A stretch of DNA of 64,000 bases, from contig DATIFP010000249.1 of the NCBI GenBank assembly GCA_035455165.1, positions 4,528-68,527 of the forward strand, written 5' to 3'. Below, piece after piece: positions 9,090 through 19,438 of this stretch. The number at the start of each line of letters is the position of its first letter. Within the stretch, counting starts at the first letter, position 1. This DNA is from Blastocatellia bacterium (GTDB taxonomy: Bacteria; Acidobacteriota; Blastocatellia; UBA7656). The translations under genes were made by a program, and so were the position numbers. Below the pieces are notes generated by a model that saw only the letters and a list, made by a program, of their open reading frames with translations, ran no database searches and had not been told where the DNA came from.

Positions 9090-10232
9090 TTAAGGTTTTA
9101 CCTTAACTTCTTTCGGACCGCCCTCTCTGTAAAACGGGAGCTCCACAACAATCGCCGGAAGAACATCCGACTCGATTTGTATCTCCATCGATGTGCCTGG
9201 TTCAAAGAATCCGTACTTCACATATGCTAGACAAATGACCGAGCCGAGGGATGGAGATCGCAGTGCGCTGGTGACCTGTCCGATCTCCTTTCCGTCCTTG
9301 ACTATGATATCCCCTTTACGCGGAACGACCGTCGCGGCCACAACCAAACCCGACAGTCGCTTGCTGATGTGGCCGCGATAGGTGGCCATCGCCACTGCCT
9401 CCTGACCCGTGTAACAACCTTTGGCAAAGCTGACGGCATCTTCAAGTCCTACTTCAAGCATCATGTTCGTTTCATCGACGTCGGTGCCGTACTCGGGGAT
9501 ACCTGCTTCAATTCTAAGGGAGTCCAGGGCAGCCAGGCCGAATGGGACAATGGAATGAAAGCGTCCCTTGAGCAGAATGAAGTCCCAAACGTCCCTTAAT
9601 GCATGGTTGTGCACTAGGAGGTCGAAGCCTATGCCCCCCGTTCTCGAGGCTCGCACCACCAGGACGCGATGACCGGCGATCAGTGTGTCGAACGAACCAT
9701 GTTCCTCGAGTGAAGGCACCGGTTCGAAGCAAACTTCCTTCATCACCAGTGGGGACTTGGGCCCCTGAACCGAGAGAACTCGATACTCTTCTGAGGCATC
9801 TTCAGCCTTGAAGTCACCTGCGTAAGAAAACGGAAATACGTACTTGAAGACGGCGTCATGCGTTTGAGGCTCATTAATAACGAGATACTCTTTCCCCAGA
9901 TTGAGGATCCGGCAAAGGGCTTTGACCTTGCCGTGCCCCGTCAAAAACCCCGCGGGCATACCCGCCCCGACTTGCAGGGTCTTCACATTATTAGTAACAA
10001 GGCCGTTGAGAAACTGAGCGGCCTCCCCGCCCCAGATCCTGATCGAACCGTGATGTGAAAGGTCTACCAACCCAACGGCCGTTCGCACTGCTAGGTGTTC
10101 CGCGATCGCGTCCGTGTAGAACTGGGCCATCGTCCAGCCCGCGACCGAAGCGAAAGTCGCGCCAAGATCCGCCTGGCATTCCTGAAGGGACGATGTTCTA
10201 GAGACCGCCTTACTCTCCTCTAACATTGACAT
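9090..10232 (-). CDS. aminomethyltransferase (GcvT) family folate-binding protein
   Basis: GcvT-like N-terminal region (VGLVDLSHHGSIRIWG, FLNGLVTNNV) and a C-terminal barrel. The substrate is unknown. Confidence 0.7.
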   Translation of the reverse strand: MSMLEESKAVSRTSSLQECQADLGATFASVAGWTMAQFYTDAIAEHLAVRTAVGLVDLSHHGSIRIWGGEAAQFLNGLVTNNVKTLQVGAGMPAGFLTGHGKVKALCRILNLGKEYLVINEPQTHDAVFKYVFPFSYAGDFKAEDASEEYRVLSVQGPKSPLVMKEVCFEPVPSLEEHGSFDTLIAGHRVLVVRASRTGGIGFDLLVHNHALRDVWDFILLKGRFHSIVPFGLAALDSLRIEAGIPEYGTDVDETNMMLEVGLEDAVSFAKGCYTGQEAVAMATYRGHISKRLSGLVVAATVVPRKGDIIVKDGKEIGQVTSALRSPSLGSVICLAYVKYGFFEPGTSMEIQIESDVLPAIVVELPFYREGGPKEVKVKP

Positions 10233-10470
10233 GACCTCATCGCGATAAGCTAAGGACGATTATCACGCCTCAAGCAATACATGCAAAGCTCCGATCAATG
10301 CAGCCGGAGGGAGGATTGCCCGGGATTTGAATCGACGTCGAGCTGGAATCGGGTCTAAGCGACAGGGCGAAGTTAAACTGAAAACTGATCTGTCGGCCGA
10401 GCGACCCCTGAACTAGTTTCTTTCAAGTAACGCCGCAGCGAGCGAGAGACTGTCACGGTTCGGGCCCTTC

Positions 10471-11091
10471 CTACTTCGCCCCATCCTGAAGTTTCATAAG
10501 CTCCGCCCTCAAAGCTTCATAATCTTCTTTAGCAGCGGCTCGAAACTTCAGATTGCGATAACGAACAACTCCATTCTTATCGATCAGGAAGATTGTTCGC
10601 TTGTCTATGCCGCCCAACTGTGGTGAAAAGCTAGCGTAGGCCTTCGCTACGGCGTGGTCGTGGTCCTGGAGAAGTGGGAATGTGAGCTTGTGGGTCTTTG
10701 CCCACTCGTGGTGTGTGAAGACGTAGTCTCCGCTGATTCCAAAGAGCTTTGCGTTGAGTTTCGCAAGGTCGCCCCATCCGTCCCGGAAGGAGCACATCTC
10801 CGTCGTTCAGCCGCCGGTCCAGTCGGCGACATAGAAGGCCAATATGACGTTCGAACCGCGCAGACCGGAGAGCTTAACCCACTCGTTCTTCGCCGTGTGA
10901 ACGCTGGTCTGATCCGCCCATGGCAACTCGAAATCAGGCGCCGGTTGACCGACCTGAGGACCTTCGCTGGTATCGGCGCCAGCTCCGGCGGTTTTGTTGT
11001 CCTGGCCGTAGGCGGCAGTAAAGAACACTACAAGTGAAACCAATAGTGCTACGAACGCCCTTCTGTTCTTTTCCACGGCATCCCTCCTCAA
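10471..11091 (-). CDS. secreted peroxiredoxin (AhpC/TSA/BCP-like) with in-frame UGA at the peroxidatic position, a probable selenoprotein
   Basis: ORFs 10807-11091 and 10471-10797 are in the same frame, separated only by TGA (10809-10807). The joined sequence reads ILAFYVADWTGG-U-TTEMCSFRD, matching the Prx FYPxDFTxVCTTE active site. It has an N-terminal signal peptide. Confidence 0.75.
10771..10793 (-). promoter_or_regulatory. candidate SECIS hairpin downstream of the peroxiredoxin UGA
   Basis: The mRNA GCUCCUUCCG-GGA-CGGAUGGGGC forms a 9-bp stem with one U-U mismatch. It starts 14 nt after the UGA, the same spacing as the hairpin after the glutaredoxin UGA. Confidence 0.4.
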
Positions 11092-11118
11092 GAGTTACCG
11101 AACCCGGTCTAGCCGCGG

Positions 11119-11907
11119 CTAGACACCCAGAAAGTTGAAATGCGTAGACGCTCCCATGAAGAAGAGCATCGGTACCGAGAGCCACGTATTAGTGCGCGAT
11201 GCCAAAAACGCAACCCTGCCGAGCTTCGCCGACTCGGCCGGGATCGCCGTGCCGTTCTCGGCGTTATCAGCCGTCCACGATATGATGCGCTTTTGGTTCG
11301 GCCAAATAATACCCCAGACGTTGAACAGCATTACGATTCCGAGGCCACCGCCGATGCCAATCGAGTAGGATTTGTTGCTTCCAAGGTCCGCAAGCTGCGA
11401 CTTCAACCACCAGATAATTACGAGAGCCATAATCATCATCAACAGCGCAAGCGCTACCGCGAGCGCCCATCCATTGTTGATTCTCTTCACCAGGACCATC
11501 TCAATCGCGAAGGCGATCACCAGGATCAATATCCAAACGAGAAGCACCACCCACACGTTCTTGCCGGCATTGCCCGCGTCGCCCTTCAAAATGTACATCG
11601 CATAATATGCCAGCCCAACGAGTACGGTGATCAGAGCGCCCCACCGAAACCACCATAGCGTTCGCGGCATCAACTGGGGAATCACCTTCCCTTTCGTCGG
11701 CCCGTCAAGCGCCTTCATCAGGTTGACGTTGACCAGATTGAAGAAATAGAGATGTCCGATCCAGATTATTCCGGCTAAGAAGTGCAGCAACCTGAGCAGT
11801 ATTTGAACATAATCGACGCTGTTAGTTGGGGGTGTAAAAACACCTTTGAAAAAGAATGCAAGTTGCGCGGGCAATACTGCGAGATCGAGAATGAACGCTG
11901 GTAGCAT
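11119..11907 (-). CDS. polytopic membrane protein, PuuD (urate hydroxylase) N-terminal-domain-like
   Basis: LLRLLHFLAGIIWIGHLYFFNLVN resembles the conserved first helix of Urate_ox_N-type membrane domains. It has about 6 TM segments and lies 27 nt upstream of the peroxiredoxin gene. Confidence 0.45.
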   Translation of the reverse strand: MLPAFILDLAVLPAQLAFFFKGVFTPPTNSVDYVQILLRLLHFLAGIIWIGHLYFFNLVNVNLMKALDGPTKGKVIPQLMPRTLWWFRWGALITVLVGLAYYAMYILKGDAGNAGKNVWVVLLVWILILVIAFAIEMVLVKRINNGWALAVALALLMMIMALVIIWWLKSQLADLGSNKSYSIGIGGGLGIVMLFNVWGIIWPNQKRIISWTADNAENGTAIPAESAKLGRVAFLASRTNTWLSVPMLFFMGASTHFNFLGV

Positions 11908-12274
11908 ACGTCCTCCTTAGTCACCGGTTTTGAAGTCTGTCACGTGCCCTTCGTTACAACTCTGCAGACCAACAAGGCGTGAGCCACTCAAGAGCGCCCA
12001 CTATAAACATCGAGTGTTGTCGTGTCAACCGCACATCAACATCGAGCAGGCGGCTGCGCGTTGGCGGAGAGCCCCTTTAAGTGAGCTCAGATCGCGATCT
12101 TGCGCAGATTCTCAAGAGGCGGTTGATGGAGGTCGAAACTTGATGACCAGAGCGAGTGGATTTTTTTCACGCAGGATCGCAGCCAGGCAGCGGCGACCCG
12201 CGTCGATACCCAGGAGCCGAGTATCCTCGACCCCTGGTGTCAGCCGTTTCGCCTTGCCCAGCAAGGTTGTCCTG

Positions 12275-12601
12275 CTATACAGAGAAGGAGCTGCCGCATC
12301 CGCAACTGCCCGTGGCGTTGGGATTGTTGAACGTAAAACCCGAACCCATCACCGAGTTTACGTAGTCGACTTGAACGCCGTCGAGATATTGCCGTGAGAA
12401 CGTGTCGACGAATACTCTGAGACCCTCGTGATCCAGAATCTCGTCACCCGGCCGCGGCCCGTCCTCGATCTGCATAGAATAAGAGAACCCGCTGCACCCG
12501 CCCGGCACAACACGAATGCGGAGCCCGGATTCGGGGCCGGCGCTCTCGGCCTCTATGAACTTTTTTACTTCGCTGATCGCAGTCTCTGTCAATGTCAGCA
12601 T
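12275..12601 (-). CDS. erpA: iron-sulfur cluster insertion/assembly protein (IscA/ErpA, HesB family)
   Basis: 108 aa with the GCSGFSY motif and a C-terminal CGCGSSF. Confidence 0.85.
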   Translation of the reverse strand: MLTLTETAISEVKKFIEAESAGPESGLRIRVVPGGCSGFSYSMQIEDGPRPGDEILDHEGLRVFVDTFSRQYLDGVQVDYVNSVMGSGFTFNNPNATGSCGCGSSFSV

Positions 12602-12722
12602 TCTCTCCCCTTCCTTCGCAATTCAGATTGGCTCGAACCAAGTAACTCCGTCGAGCGCATCTTGTACTTCGACAGACCATTATAGTTTGGCGACGTCGCC
12701 TAATCAACTTTTCGATTTGCGA

Positions 12723-13829
12723 CTACACTATGAAGCTCTCCCCGCGACTGTCGCTCATGTCAATGACAGGCAGCCCGGAGCCCTTGAGCGCGAGAACGCT
12801 CACTTGAATGGCGACGCGATCGGCGATTGCCTTGAATGCCAGCGCCTGTGGGCTATCGGGCTCTCCAACAACGATTGGAACGCCCTTGTCGCCCCCCTCA
12901 CGTACGCTGATCGCGAGTGGAATTCGTCCCAGCAGATTGCTGTGCAACCTGTTCGCCAGTGCTTCACCGCCGCCCGATCCGAAGATGTCGTGTCGCGCTG
13001 AACACTTGTCGCAAACGAAATAACTCATGTTCTCGACAATCCCGAGCACCGGAACGTGCACCTGTTCAAACATGTTAAATGCTTTACGGACGTCCGCCAT
13101 CGCGACTTCCTGTGGTGTTGTAACTAGCACAGCTCCCTGCACTGGAACGAGTTGAGCGAGGCTGAGCTGAGCGTCGCCCGTTCCCGGCGGCATATCGACG
13201 ATCAAATAATCGAGGTCTCCCCATTCAACGTCGTAAAGAAACTGGCGAACCGCCGTATGCAGCATGGGACCTCTCCACACAACCGGCCGATCTCCACGGT
13301 TGAGGAAGCCCAGCGACATCACTTTGACCCCATATTTCTGGTGCGGCAGTAGTCGTTGTCCGCGCACCGCCGGCTCCTCGTCTATGCCGATCATGATCGG
13401 CACATTGGGGCCGTATACGTCGGTATCGAGGAGTCCAACGCGCGCTCCATACTGCGCAAGCGAGATAGCGAGATTGACGGCGACGGTTGATTTTCCAACG
13501 CCACCCTTCCCCGAGCTCACGGCGACAATGTTGGAGATTCCGGGCACCGCTTGTTTACCATCGCCTGTAGTCGCCTTTGGTATTTCCGATTTCATGCTAA
13601 TCTCAACCGCCCTGACACCGGGTACCTTAAGCAGGGCCTCGCGAACTGATTGCTCGAGTTTCGCTTTGCTCGGCAAAACTGGAGTATTGAGCACTATGCT
13701 CAACTTGACGGTTGAATCCGTCACTTCAACATCGCGCGCGAAGTTTAGAGACACTAGATCGCGCTGCAAGTCGGGATCGTCGACCGTTCGTAATGCCTTC
13801 AACACTGAATCTCGCTCGACAGACGTCAT
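12723..13829 (-). CDS. apbC: Mrp/NBP35/ApbC family Fe-S cluster carrier ATPase
   Basis: N-terminal DUF59-like domain, deviant Walker A VSSGKGGVGKST, and a CxxC (FVCDKCS) cluster-ligand motif. Confidence 0.9.
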   Translation of the reverse strand: MTSVERDSVLKALRTVDDPDLQRDLVSLNFARDVEVTDSTVKLSIVLNTPVLPSKAKLEQSVREALLKVPGVRAVEISMKSEIPKATTGDGKQAVPGISNIVAVSSGKGGVGKSTVAVNLAISLAQYGARVGLLDTDVYGPNVPIMIGIDEEPAVRGQRLLPHQKYGVKVMSLGFLNRGDRPVVWRGPMLHTAVRQFLYDVEWGDLDYLIVDMPPGTGDAQLSLAQLVPVQGAVLVTTPQEVAMADVRKAFNMFEQVHVPVLGIVENMSYFVCDKCSARHDIFGSGGGEALANRLHSNLLGRIPLAISVREGGDKGVPIVVGEPDSPQALAFKAIADRVAIQVSVLALKGSGLPVIDMSDSRGESFIV

Positions 13830-13987
13830 TTAGCTCTCCAAAACAAGTTATCACTTTTGATAGTAGGTATGCGTGAATTTGATGTCAACTTTCACTATTG
13901 AACCGCCTCTTCGGTTTGACGGTCACGGTCGCTATAATCACCACTCGGATGATACGCGGTTTATATCTGGAAGGAAGGTGAATCAGC

Positions 13988-14287
13988 GTGCCGGAACCTA
14001 ATTCAGCGGCAAATGACATTGGCCATCTCGAAAAGGTCGAGCGAGAACTCGCTCGTTACGAGCATCCCTTGTTCGATTGGTCGGCGCGACAAATCACACC
14101 GGGCGTCGAAGTCACTATCACCTTGAAGGTCGAGGGAGTCTACGATCAACCTTATCGACTGTGCTTCAAACCTCGTGAAATTGAGGCGCGAGGGTTTCAA
14201 TGGGACTTTCAAAGACAGCTTTATAACTGCCTGCACGACTATCTTGTCGAAATGTTCACGCGGAGCCCGCACATCGCCGAAGTTTGA
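13988..14287 (+). CDS. hypothetical protein
   Basis: 99-aa ORF with a GTG start. No motif recognised. Confidence 0.3.
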   Translation: MPEPNSAANDIGHLEKVERELARYEHPLFDWSARQITPGVEVTITLKVEGVYDQPYRLCFKPREIEARGFQWDFQRQLYNCLHDYLVEMFTRSPHIAEV

Positions 14288-14301
14288 AGTCGTAGATCGA
14301 A

Positions 14302-15186
14302 TCACGCCCGCGGATGAAACTTCTTGTACATCTCTCGAAGCCTCTCGTTTGTTATATGCGTGTAGATCTGGGTTGTGCTTATATCGCTGTGACCCAACAT
14401 CATTTGGACCGATCTAAGATCCGCCCCGTTTTCGAGCAAGTGGGTCGCGAAGCTGTGCCTCAAAACGTGCGGGCTGATGTGACCGATCCCGCCCTTCTCA
14501 CCGTAGCTGACAATTATTCTCCAGAACTGTTGTCTTGTGAGTGGCGTTCCCATGTCGGTCACGAATAGCGAGTTCGTCGCCTTCCTATCTTGAGTCAATT
14601 GGCTTCTAATCGCCAGGTATTTTCGGGTCCAATCGACCGCGGTTCGGCCAAGGGGAACCACTCTCTCCTTGTCCCCCTTGCCAAGGACGGTCAGAAAGCC
14701 CAAGTCGAGGTTAAGGTCACCTGCGTTGAGCCGGACTAATTCTGAGGCGCGGAGGCCGGTCGCGTATAGAACCTCCAACATGGCTTTGTCTCGCAAGCCC
14801 AACTGGGTTGATGAATCGGGAGTGGCGAGGAGCCTCTCGACCTCCTCCGACGTCAAAAAGTGCGGCAGCGACTGCCACGGCTTGGGGCTTTCGAGGTTTG
14901 CAGTAGGGTCTACCTCAAGGTGGCCATCTTGCAACAGGTATCTGTAGAAGCCTCTCACGGCTACCAACGCTCGGGCGACGGACTTCGCTGCGAGGCCGCG
15001 CTGCCGGAGGTAGCCTGCAAACAACGAGAGATCACTGGCCTGGAGCGCCTGCACCTCCTTTCCACATTTGGCGGCGAAATCCCATAACTTCGTCAGGTCG
15101 ATTCGGTACGCAGTCAGCGTATTGGCCGACAGACCCCGTTCGACGCGTAAATAGCTCAGAAAGCCTTCTGGGTTTGACGTAGTCAT
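14302..15186 (-). CDS. xerD: tyrosine recombinase XerC/XerD family
   Basis: N-terminal SAM-like domain (RGLSANTLTAYRIDL). The C-terminal catalytic region has R...HVLRHSFATHLL...GHSDISTTQIYTH. Confidence 0.8.
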   Translation of the reverse strand: MTTSNPEGFLSYLRVERGLSANTLTAYRIDLTKLWDFAAKCGKEVQALQASDLSLFAGYLRQRGLAAKSVARALVAVRGFYRYLLQDGHLEVDPTANLESPKPWQSLPHFLTSEEVERLLATPDSSTQLGLRDKAMLEVLYATGLRASELVRLNAGDLNLDLGFLTVLGKGDKERVVPLGRTAVDWTRKYLAIRSQLTQDRKATNSLFVTDMGTPLTRQQFWRIIVSYGEKGGIGHISPHVLRHSFATHLLENGADLRSVQMMLGHSDISTTQIYTHITNERLREMYKKFHPRA

Positions 15187-15366
15187 AACAACTCAAATCG
15201 CTGGGGTTGACGCATCGTAACTCAGTTTGCCATATTCTATCGGACCTGAGAAAGAAGCCAAAGAAAAGGATGGCTTCCCTCATCACGTCTGTGAGATTTG
15301 GCTTTGACGGTTGCGTCCCGCATCAACTTGCTGAAGAATCGACTGCTCAGATTGAAAGGACAGAAA

Positions 15367-16401
15367 TTGAGACTAGCTGAGGTTGCAAGCAGGCTCTCGT
15401 GCAAACTGGAGGGCGATGGATCGATAGAGATTCTGGGGGTGGCGACCTTAGAAGCGGCCAAACAGGGATACCTCAGCTTCCTTACTAACTCCAAATATCA
15501 TAAAGAAGCGCAACGAACAGAGGCTTCGGCGATCCTGATGGGTTTCGATGGCCCGGATTTGAATCGGCCTCTTCTCCGTCACAACAACCCTTATTTGGCG
15601 TTTGCAAAAGCGGTGGAGATATTCTTTAATCCGGCGCCAACTTCTCCGGGGATTCACCCGACGGCCTGGGTGGCCGATACCGCGGTCCTCGGAAAAGACG
15701 TGTGCATCGGGCCCTTCAGCTTTGTCGGAGAGCGTGTTGTCCTGGGGAAAGGGGTTCAGCTACATCCGCGGTGCGCAATTCTCAATGACGCCCAGATTGG
15801 CGACCACACCATTGTTCATTCCGGTTGCGTTGTCCGAGAGCGGGTGATCATCGGACGACGGTGCATCATCCAAAACAACTCCGTCCTCGGGTCTGACGGG
15901 TTTGGTTATGCCAAACAGGAAAACGGAGCATGGTATCGGATTATTCAGGCTGGCACCCTAGTGGTGGAGGACGACGTGGAGATTGGGGCTTGCAGCACGA
16001 TCGACAGAGCTACCCTGGGCGAAACCAGAATCCAGAGGGGCACCAAGATCGACAACCAGGTTCAGATTGGACACGGCTGCGTGGTCGGCAATGACAACCT
16101 GCTGTGCGCCCAGGTTGGTCTTGCCGGATCAACCAAGACCGGCTCGGGGGTCGTCCTCACCGGCCAGGTTGGCGCGGCTGGTCATCTGACTATCGGGGAC
16201 GGAGTCATCGCCACTCCGCAAACCGGTATCGCGAATTCCATTGACGCCGGTCAAACCGTGTCAGGGGCGCCGGCATTCGACCACAGGAACTGGCTCAAGT
16301 CGTCAGCGGTGTTACCCAAGCTTCCCGATCTGCAAAAGTCTGTGCGAAGTCTCGAAGCGAGAGTTGCAGCTCTTGAAGAAATAGCGAAAGAAAAATCTTA
16401 G
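15367..16401 (+). CDS. lpxD: UDP-3-O-acylglucosamine N-acyltransferase
   Basis: LpxD N-terminal domain (LAEVASRLSCKLEGDG...GVATLEAA) followed by left-handed beta-helix hexapeptide repeats. A TTG at 15367 is preceded by AAGGA (the longest ORF starts at 15298). Confidence 0.85.
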   Translation: MRLAEVASRLSCKLEGDGSIEILGVATLEAAKQGYLSFLTNSKYHKEAQRTEASAILMGFDGPDLNRPLLRHNNPYLAFAKAVEIFFNPAPTSPGIHPTAWVADTAVLGKDVCIGPFSFVGERVVLGKGVQLHPRCAILNDAQIGDHTIVHSGCVVRERVIIGRRCIIQNNSVLGSDGFGYAKQENGAWYRIIQAGTLVVEDDVEIGACSTIDRATLGETRIQRGTKIDNQVQIGHGCVVGNDNLLCAQVGLAGSTKTGSGVVLTGQVGAAGHLTIGDGVIATPQTGIANSIDAGQTVSGAPAFDHRNWLKSSAVLPKLPDLQKSVRSLEARVAALEEIAKEKS

Positions 16402-16449
16402 AAACAACCCGCAACTAAACAAATGACAGGAGAAGAGTGGTAGCCCAAT

Positions 16450-16980
16450 ATGAATGTGAAAGTTGAAGTAGTCTCAGGCAATGCGATCAAAGACTTGAAT
16501 CGCAGAGTCGAGAGCGTGCTGGGGGTAGTGCCCGCAGAGCATCTACGGGGATTGTCGAAGATCGTAATAGTCGATGCGATTATGGAGCCTCGACTCACAG
16601 CGAGTCAGCGCGCCACCCTTCCCGCCTTGTATCATCCGAAGATGGCAGGCCAATCCGCGTGGGGGGAGATTTCCCTAGGCGTGTTAGTGCCAAAGGAAAA
16701 GTTCCCAAAACGGCTGTTGACCCGCCTGGCTCTGAAATCGAATCTCGCGCAGGTAGTCTTGTCGCTGGTGGCCCAGCACTACCAGTTGACTCTCTCCAAA
16801 GGTGTGAAAAAGACCCTACTCGAGCCGGCCATCAAGAGCTATGTCGAGAGGCACTTTGAAAAGTGGAGAGAGAAGGAAGGCGGGTTGAGGGTCAAGCTGC
16901 TCAAGCCGTTCAAGCCCCAGCTGGACAGACTGGCACGAAGGCTCGCCCGAAAATACAAAGATGAACTCGCCAAGAAGTGA
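16450..16980 (+). CDS. hypothetical protein (basic C-terminus)
   Basis: 176-aa ORF with no recognisable family. Confidence 0.35.
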   Translation: MNVKVEVVSGNAIKDLNRRVESVLGVVPAEHLRGLSKIVIVDAIMEPRLTASQRATLPALYHPKMAGQSAWGEISLGVLVPKEKFPKRLLTRLALKSNLAQVVLSLVAQHYQLTLSKGVKKTLLEPAIKSYVERHFEKWREKEGGLRVKLLKPFKPQLDRLARRLARKYKDELAKK

Positions 16981-16993
16981 GATCCAGATCAGC

Positions 16994-17821
16994 TTAAGAA
17001 TCTACTTCAGCGTTCAAGGCGTTCAACGTGGCCTTGAGAGCCTTCTTTAGCTCTTCGGCTGTAGCTTCAGGTTTTCGGAACTTTACCGTAAGCGACCACT
17101 CCTCGTTCGGGGCGTCGTATTGGTAACAAAAATTCCTGATCTTTGGTTTTCCCTGCCGAATTTCCCTCGCCTGATCGCGGGTCAATCCGGCATCCCCAAT
17201 CTTGATTACGAATTCCCGCATCTCATCATCGGTTGGTTGTCGCGCCACCTGAAGGAGCATTGACTTGGAAGAGATGTCGGCGCGCCGACATAGCTCCCGC
17301 ACATCAGGTGGGATATTCGCAATTGAAATCGTCTCAGTAACCGACGTTCGGGCTTTCCCGAGCTTCTGGGCAATCTCGTCGTGTTTGTAGCCGAATCGTT
17401 TCGCAAGCGCCAGCAGGCCATCTGCCTCTTCAAAGGGAGTGAGGTCCTTTCGCTGCAGGTTCTCGATGAGCGATATTTCAGCCACCGCCCGATCGTCAAC
17501 ATCCATCTCAATGCACGGCAACTCGGTGAGGCCGGCCTCCAGGCTGGCTCGGTACCTCCGTTCGCCGCTGATGATCATGAACCTGCCTCCAACGTCGCTC
17601 GGCCGGACCAGGATGGGTTCAAGCACCCCCTTCTCTATTATCGACGCGGTGAGCTCGGCGAGATCGCCGATTTCAACGCGCGGCTGAGATGGGTTAGGAG
17701 CCAGCTTGTCTATGGGGATCATGCGACCGATCGGCGCGCCCCCGCCTCTGTTGGTGAGTAGTTCAACGTAATGGGAGTCGTGACGAAGTCTGAAATTGTC
17801 AGGCAGTCCCCTCTTAGACAC
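16994..17821 (-). CDS. parB: chromosome partitioning protein ParB/Spo0J
   Basis: ParB-box [24 protein letters not shown] and an HTH. It overlaps parA by 8 nt. Confidence 0.85.
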   Translation of the reverse strand: MSKRGLPDNFRLRHDSHYVELLTNRGGGAPIGRMIPIDKLAPNPSQPRVEIGDLAELTASIIEKGVLEPILVRPSDVGGRFMIISGERRYRASLEAGLTELPCIEMDVDDRAVAEISLIENLQRKDLTPFEEADGLLALAKRFGYKHDEIAQKLGKARTSVTETISIANIPPDVRELCRRADISSKSMLLQVARQPTDDEMREFVIKIGDAGLTRDQAREIRQGKPKIRNFCYQYDAPNEEWSLTVKFRKPEATAEELKKALKATLNALNAEVDS

Positions 17822-18578
17822 GGCGCATCACCTCCTCACATAGCTTCGCATACTCGACCGCGCCGCTTGAGTTGGGCGCAAAGGTGAATATCGACTCCTT
17901 GTAGGCTGGGCTCTCCTCGAGACGGACGGATTTACTGATCACAGTGTCGAACACCTTCTCACCAAAAACCCCCTTGATCTGCTCGTGTATGTCCTTCGCC
18001 AGGGTCGTTCTCTTGTCGAGCAGAGTGATGAGCACGCCCATCACCTTGAGGTTTGGGTTCGGACGAGCCCTCACCTTCTCCACCGTATCCAGCAGATCAT
18101 CAGTACCTTCGAGAGCAAAGTACGACGGCTGGATCGGTACAATCAAGTAGTCGGAAGCCACGAGAGCGTTCACGGTTATAAGCCCGAGCGTTGGCGGAGT
18201 GTCTATAACAACGTACTCGTACGCAGCTGTTATTCCGTCCATTCGGTCCTTGAGTCGAAACGGGGCGTCAAATTCCCCGATCAATTTGCTTTCGAACTTG
18301 GCCAGGCTGATGCGGGATGGCAAAATATCCAATCCTTGAACCGCCGTTGTCCTGATAACTTCACTTGAATCCGTCTGGTCTTCGGTTAGAAGCTCGTATA
18401 TCGACAGGTCTATCGCCTCTTGAGAAAGGAAAGTCAACGAGCTGTTCGCCTGTGGATCCAGATCGATCAGAAGGACTCTCTTGCCGGCCCGGGCGAGCGC
18501 CGCAGAGAGGTTGATCGCAGTAGTTGTCTTGCCCACCCCGCCTTTCTGATTGGCTATCGCTATGATCATCGCGCTCAA
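17814..18578 (-). CDS. parA: chromosome partitioning ATPase ParA/Soj
   Basis: Deviant Walker [21 protein letters not shown] and DLDPQANSS. Confidence 0.9.
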   Translation of the reverse strand: MSAMIIAIANQKGGVGKTTTAINLSAALARAGKRVLLIDLDPQANSSLTFLSQEAIDLSIYELLTEDQTDSSEVIRTTAVQGLDILPSRISLAKFESKLIGEFDAPFRLKDRMDGITAAYEYVVIDTPPTLGLITVNALVASDYLIVPIQPSYFALEGTDDLLDTVEKVRARPNPNLKVMGVLITLLDKRTTLAKDIHEQIKGVFGEKVFDTVISKSVRLEESPAYKESIFTFAPNSSGAVEYAKLCEEVMRRV

Positions 18579-18845
18579 CCGGCCTCCCGAAAAGCGTCTG
18601 CATCCTAATGCTCCGCCCTGTAACTGTCAAGGAGGTCGACCTCGACGGTTTACTCTCTGTAAGCACACATCGGCAGCCAGCACGCCCGCTCGGTCGAGAT
18701 GTCTGACTCAAGTTCGGGCGACGCTCTACGAATTCTCTTACGTGGTGCCGGATGCCTGAGAATCGGCGGATCGGGTGAATTCTACCAAAGTAGACTTTCC
18801 GAACTCGATGTGGTTTAATCGGTTCGATTATTACGAGGAGTACTC

Positions 18846-19316
18846 ATGGAAATCGAAATGAAGATCCGAGGTCTGATGATGGACCCCGCGGCCAACACCC
18901 CGATCATAATCCTCAAGGACGTCAACGGAGAGTCGATGCTCCCCATCTGGGTCGGGCCGTTTGAGGCCAACGCCATTGCGGTGGAGATCGAAAAGCTGTC
19001 GACGCAGCGGCCAATGACCCACGACTTGTTGAAGAACATAATCTGGGAATTCGGTGCTTCGGTAAGGAGAATCGTCATTACGGATCTGATCGACAACACC
19101 TTCCTGGCGGTGATCGAGCTAACCCGCGAAGGAGAAGTGCTTGTCGTCGATTCGAGACCGAGCGACGCAATAGCGTTGGCGCTCCGGGTTGATTGTCCAA
19201 TCTACGTCAACGACGAAGTGATTAAGAACTCCAGCACGGCGATCACGGAAGACACCGCTTCGCAGGATGACTGGCCCGAGAATCTTGTCGATGATGCGAG
19301 CGATTATAAGATGTAG
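18846..19316 (+). CDS. bifunctional nuclease (BFN/DUF151) domain protein
   Basis: PIIILKDVNGESMLPIWVGPFEANAI and RPSDAIALALR are characteristic of the DUF151 nuclease family. Confidence 0.7.
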   Translation: MEIEMKIRGLMMDPAANTPIIILKDVNGESMLPIWVGPFEANAIAVEIEKLSTQRPMTHDLLKNIIWEFGASVRRIVITDLIDNTFLAVIELTREGEVLVVDSRPSDAIALALRVDCPIYVNDEVIKNSSTAITEDTASQDDWPENLVDDASDYKM

Positions 19317-19351
19317 CCGGCATTTGTCCTCCCGCGTGAACCTGTTTTCGA

Positions 19352-19379
19352 TTGCGCCTCAAATCGGATGTGATATAAT
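19352..19379 (+). promoter_or_regulatory. extended -10 promoter (TTGCGC-16 nt-TGaTATAAT) upstream of ssb
   Basis: TGATATAAT at 19371-19379 and a -35-like TTGCGC at 19352-19357, 60 nt before the ssb ATG. Confidence 0.45.
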
Positions 19380-19438
19380 CCGCGCCCGGTTCATTCCTGG
19401 GGCTCCGATAATTCCAACAAAAACATTCAGGAGGATGC

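Noticed and set aside
14302-15186. Tyrosine recombinase as the marker of an integrated mobile element.
   Set aside because: The sequence matches housekeeping XerC/XerD. The flanks are core genes (apbC, lpxD) with no tRNA, direct repeats or phage/plasmid genes.
16994-18845. Searched for a parS site (TGTTNCACGTGAAACA) in and around parAB.
   Set aside because: No full or near-full match was seen in the window. Only unrelated CACGTG-containing sequences occur, so no parS feature is reported.
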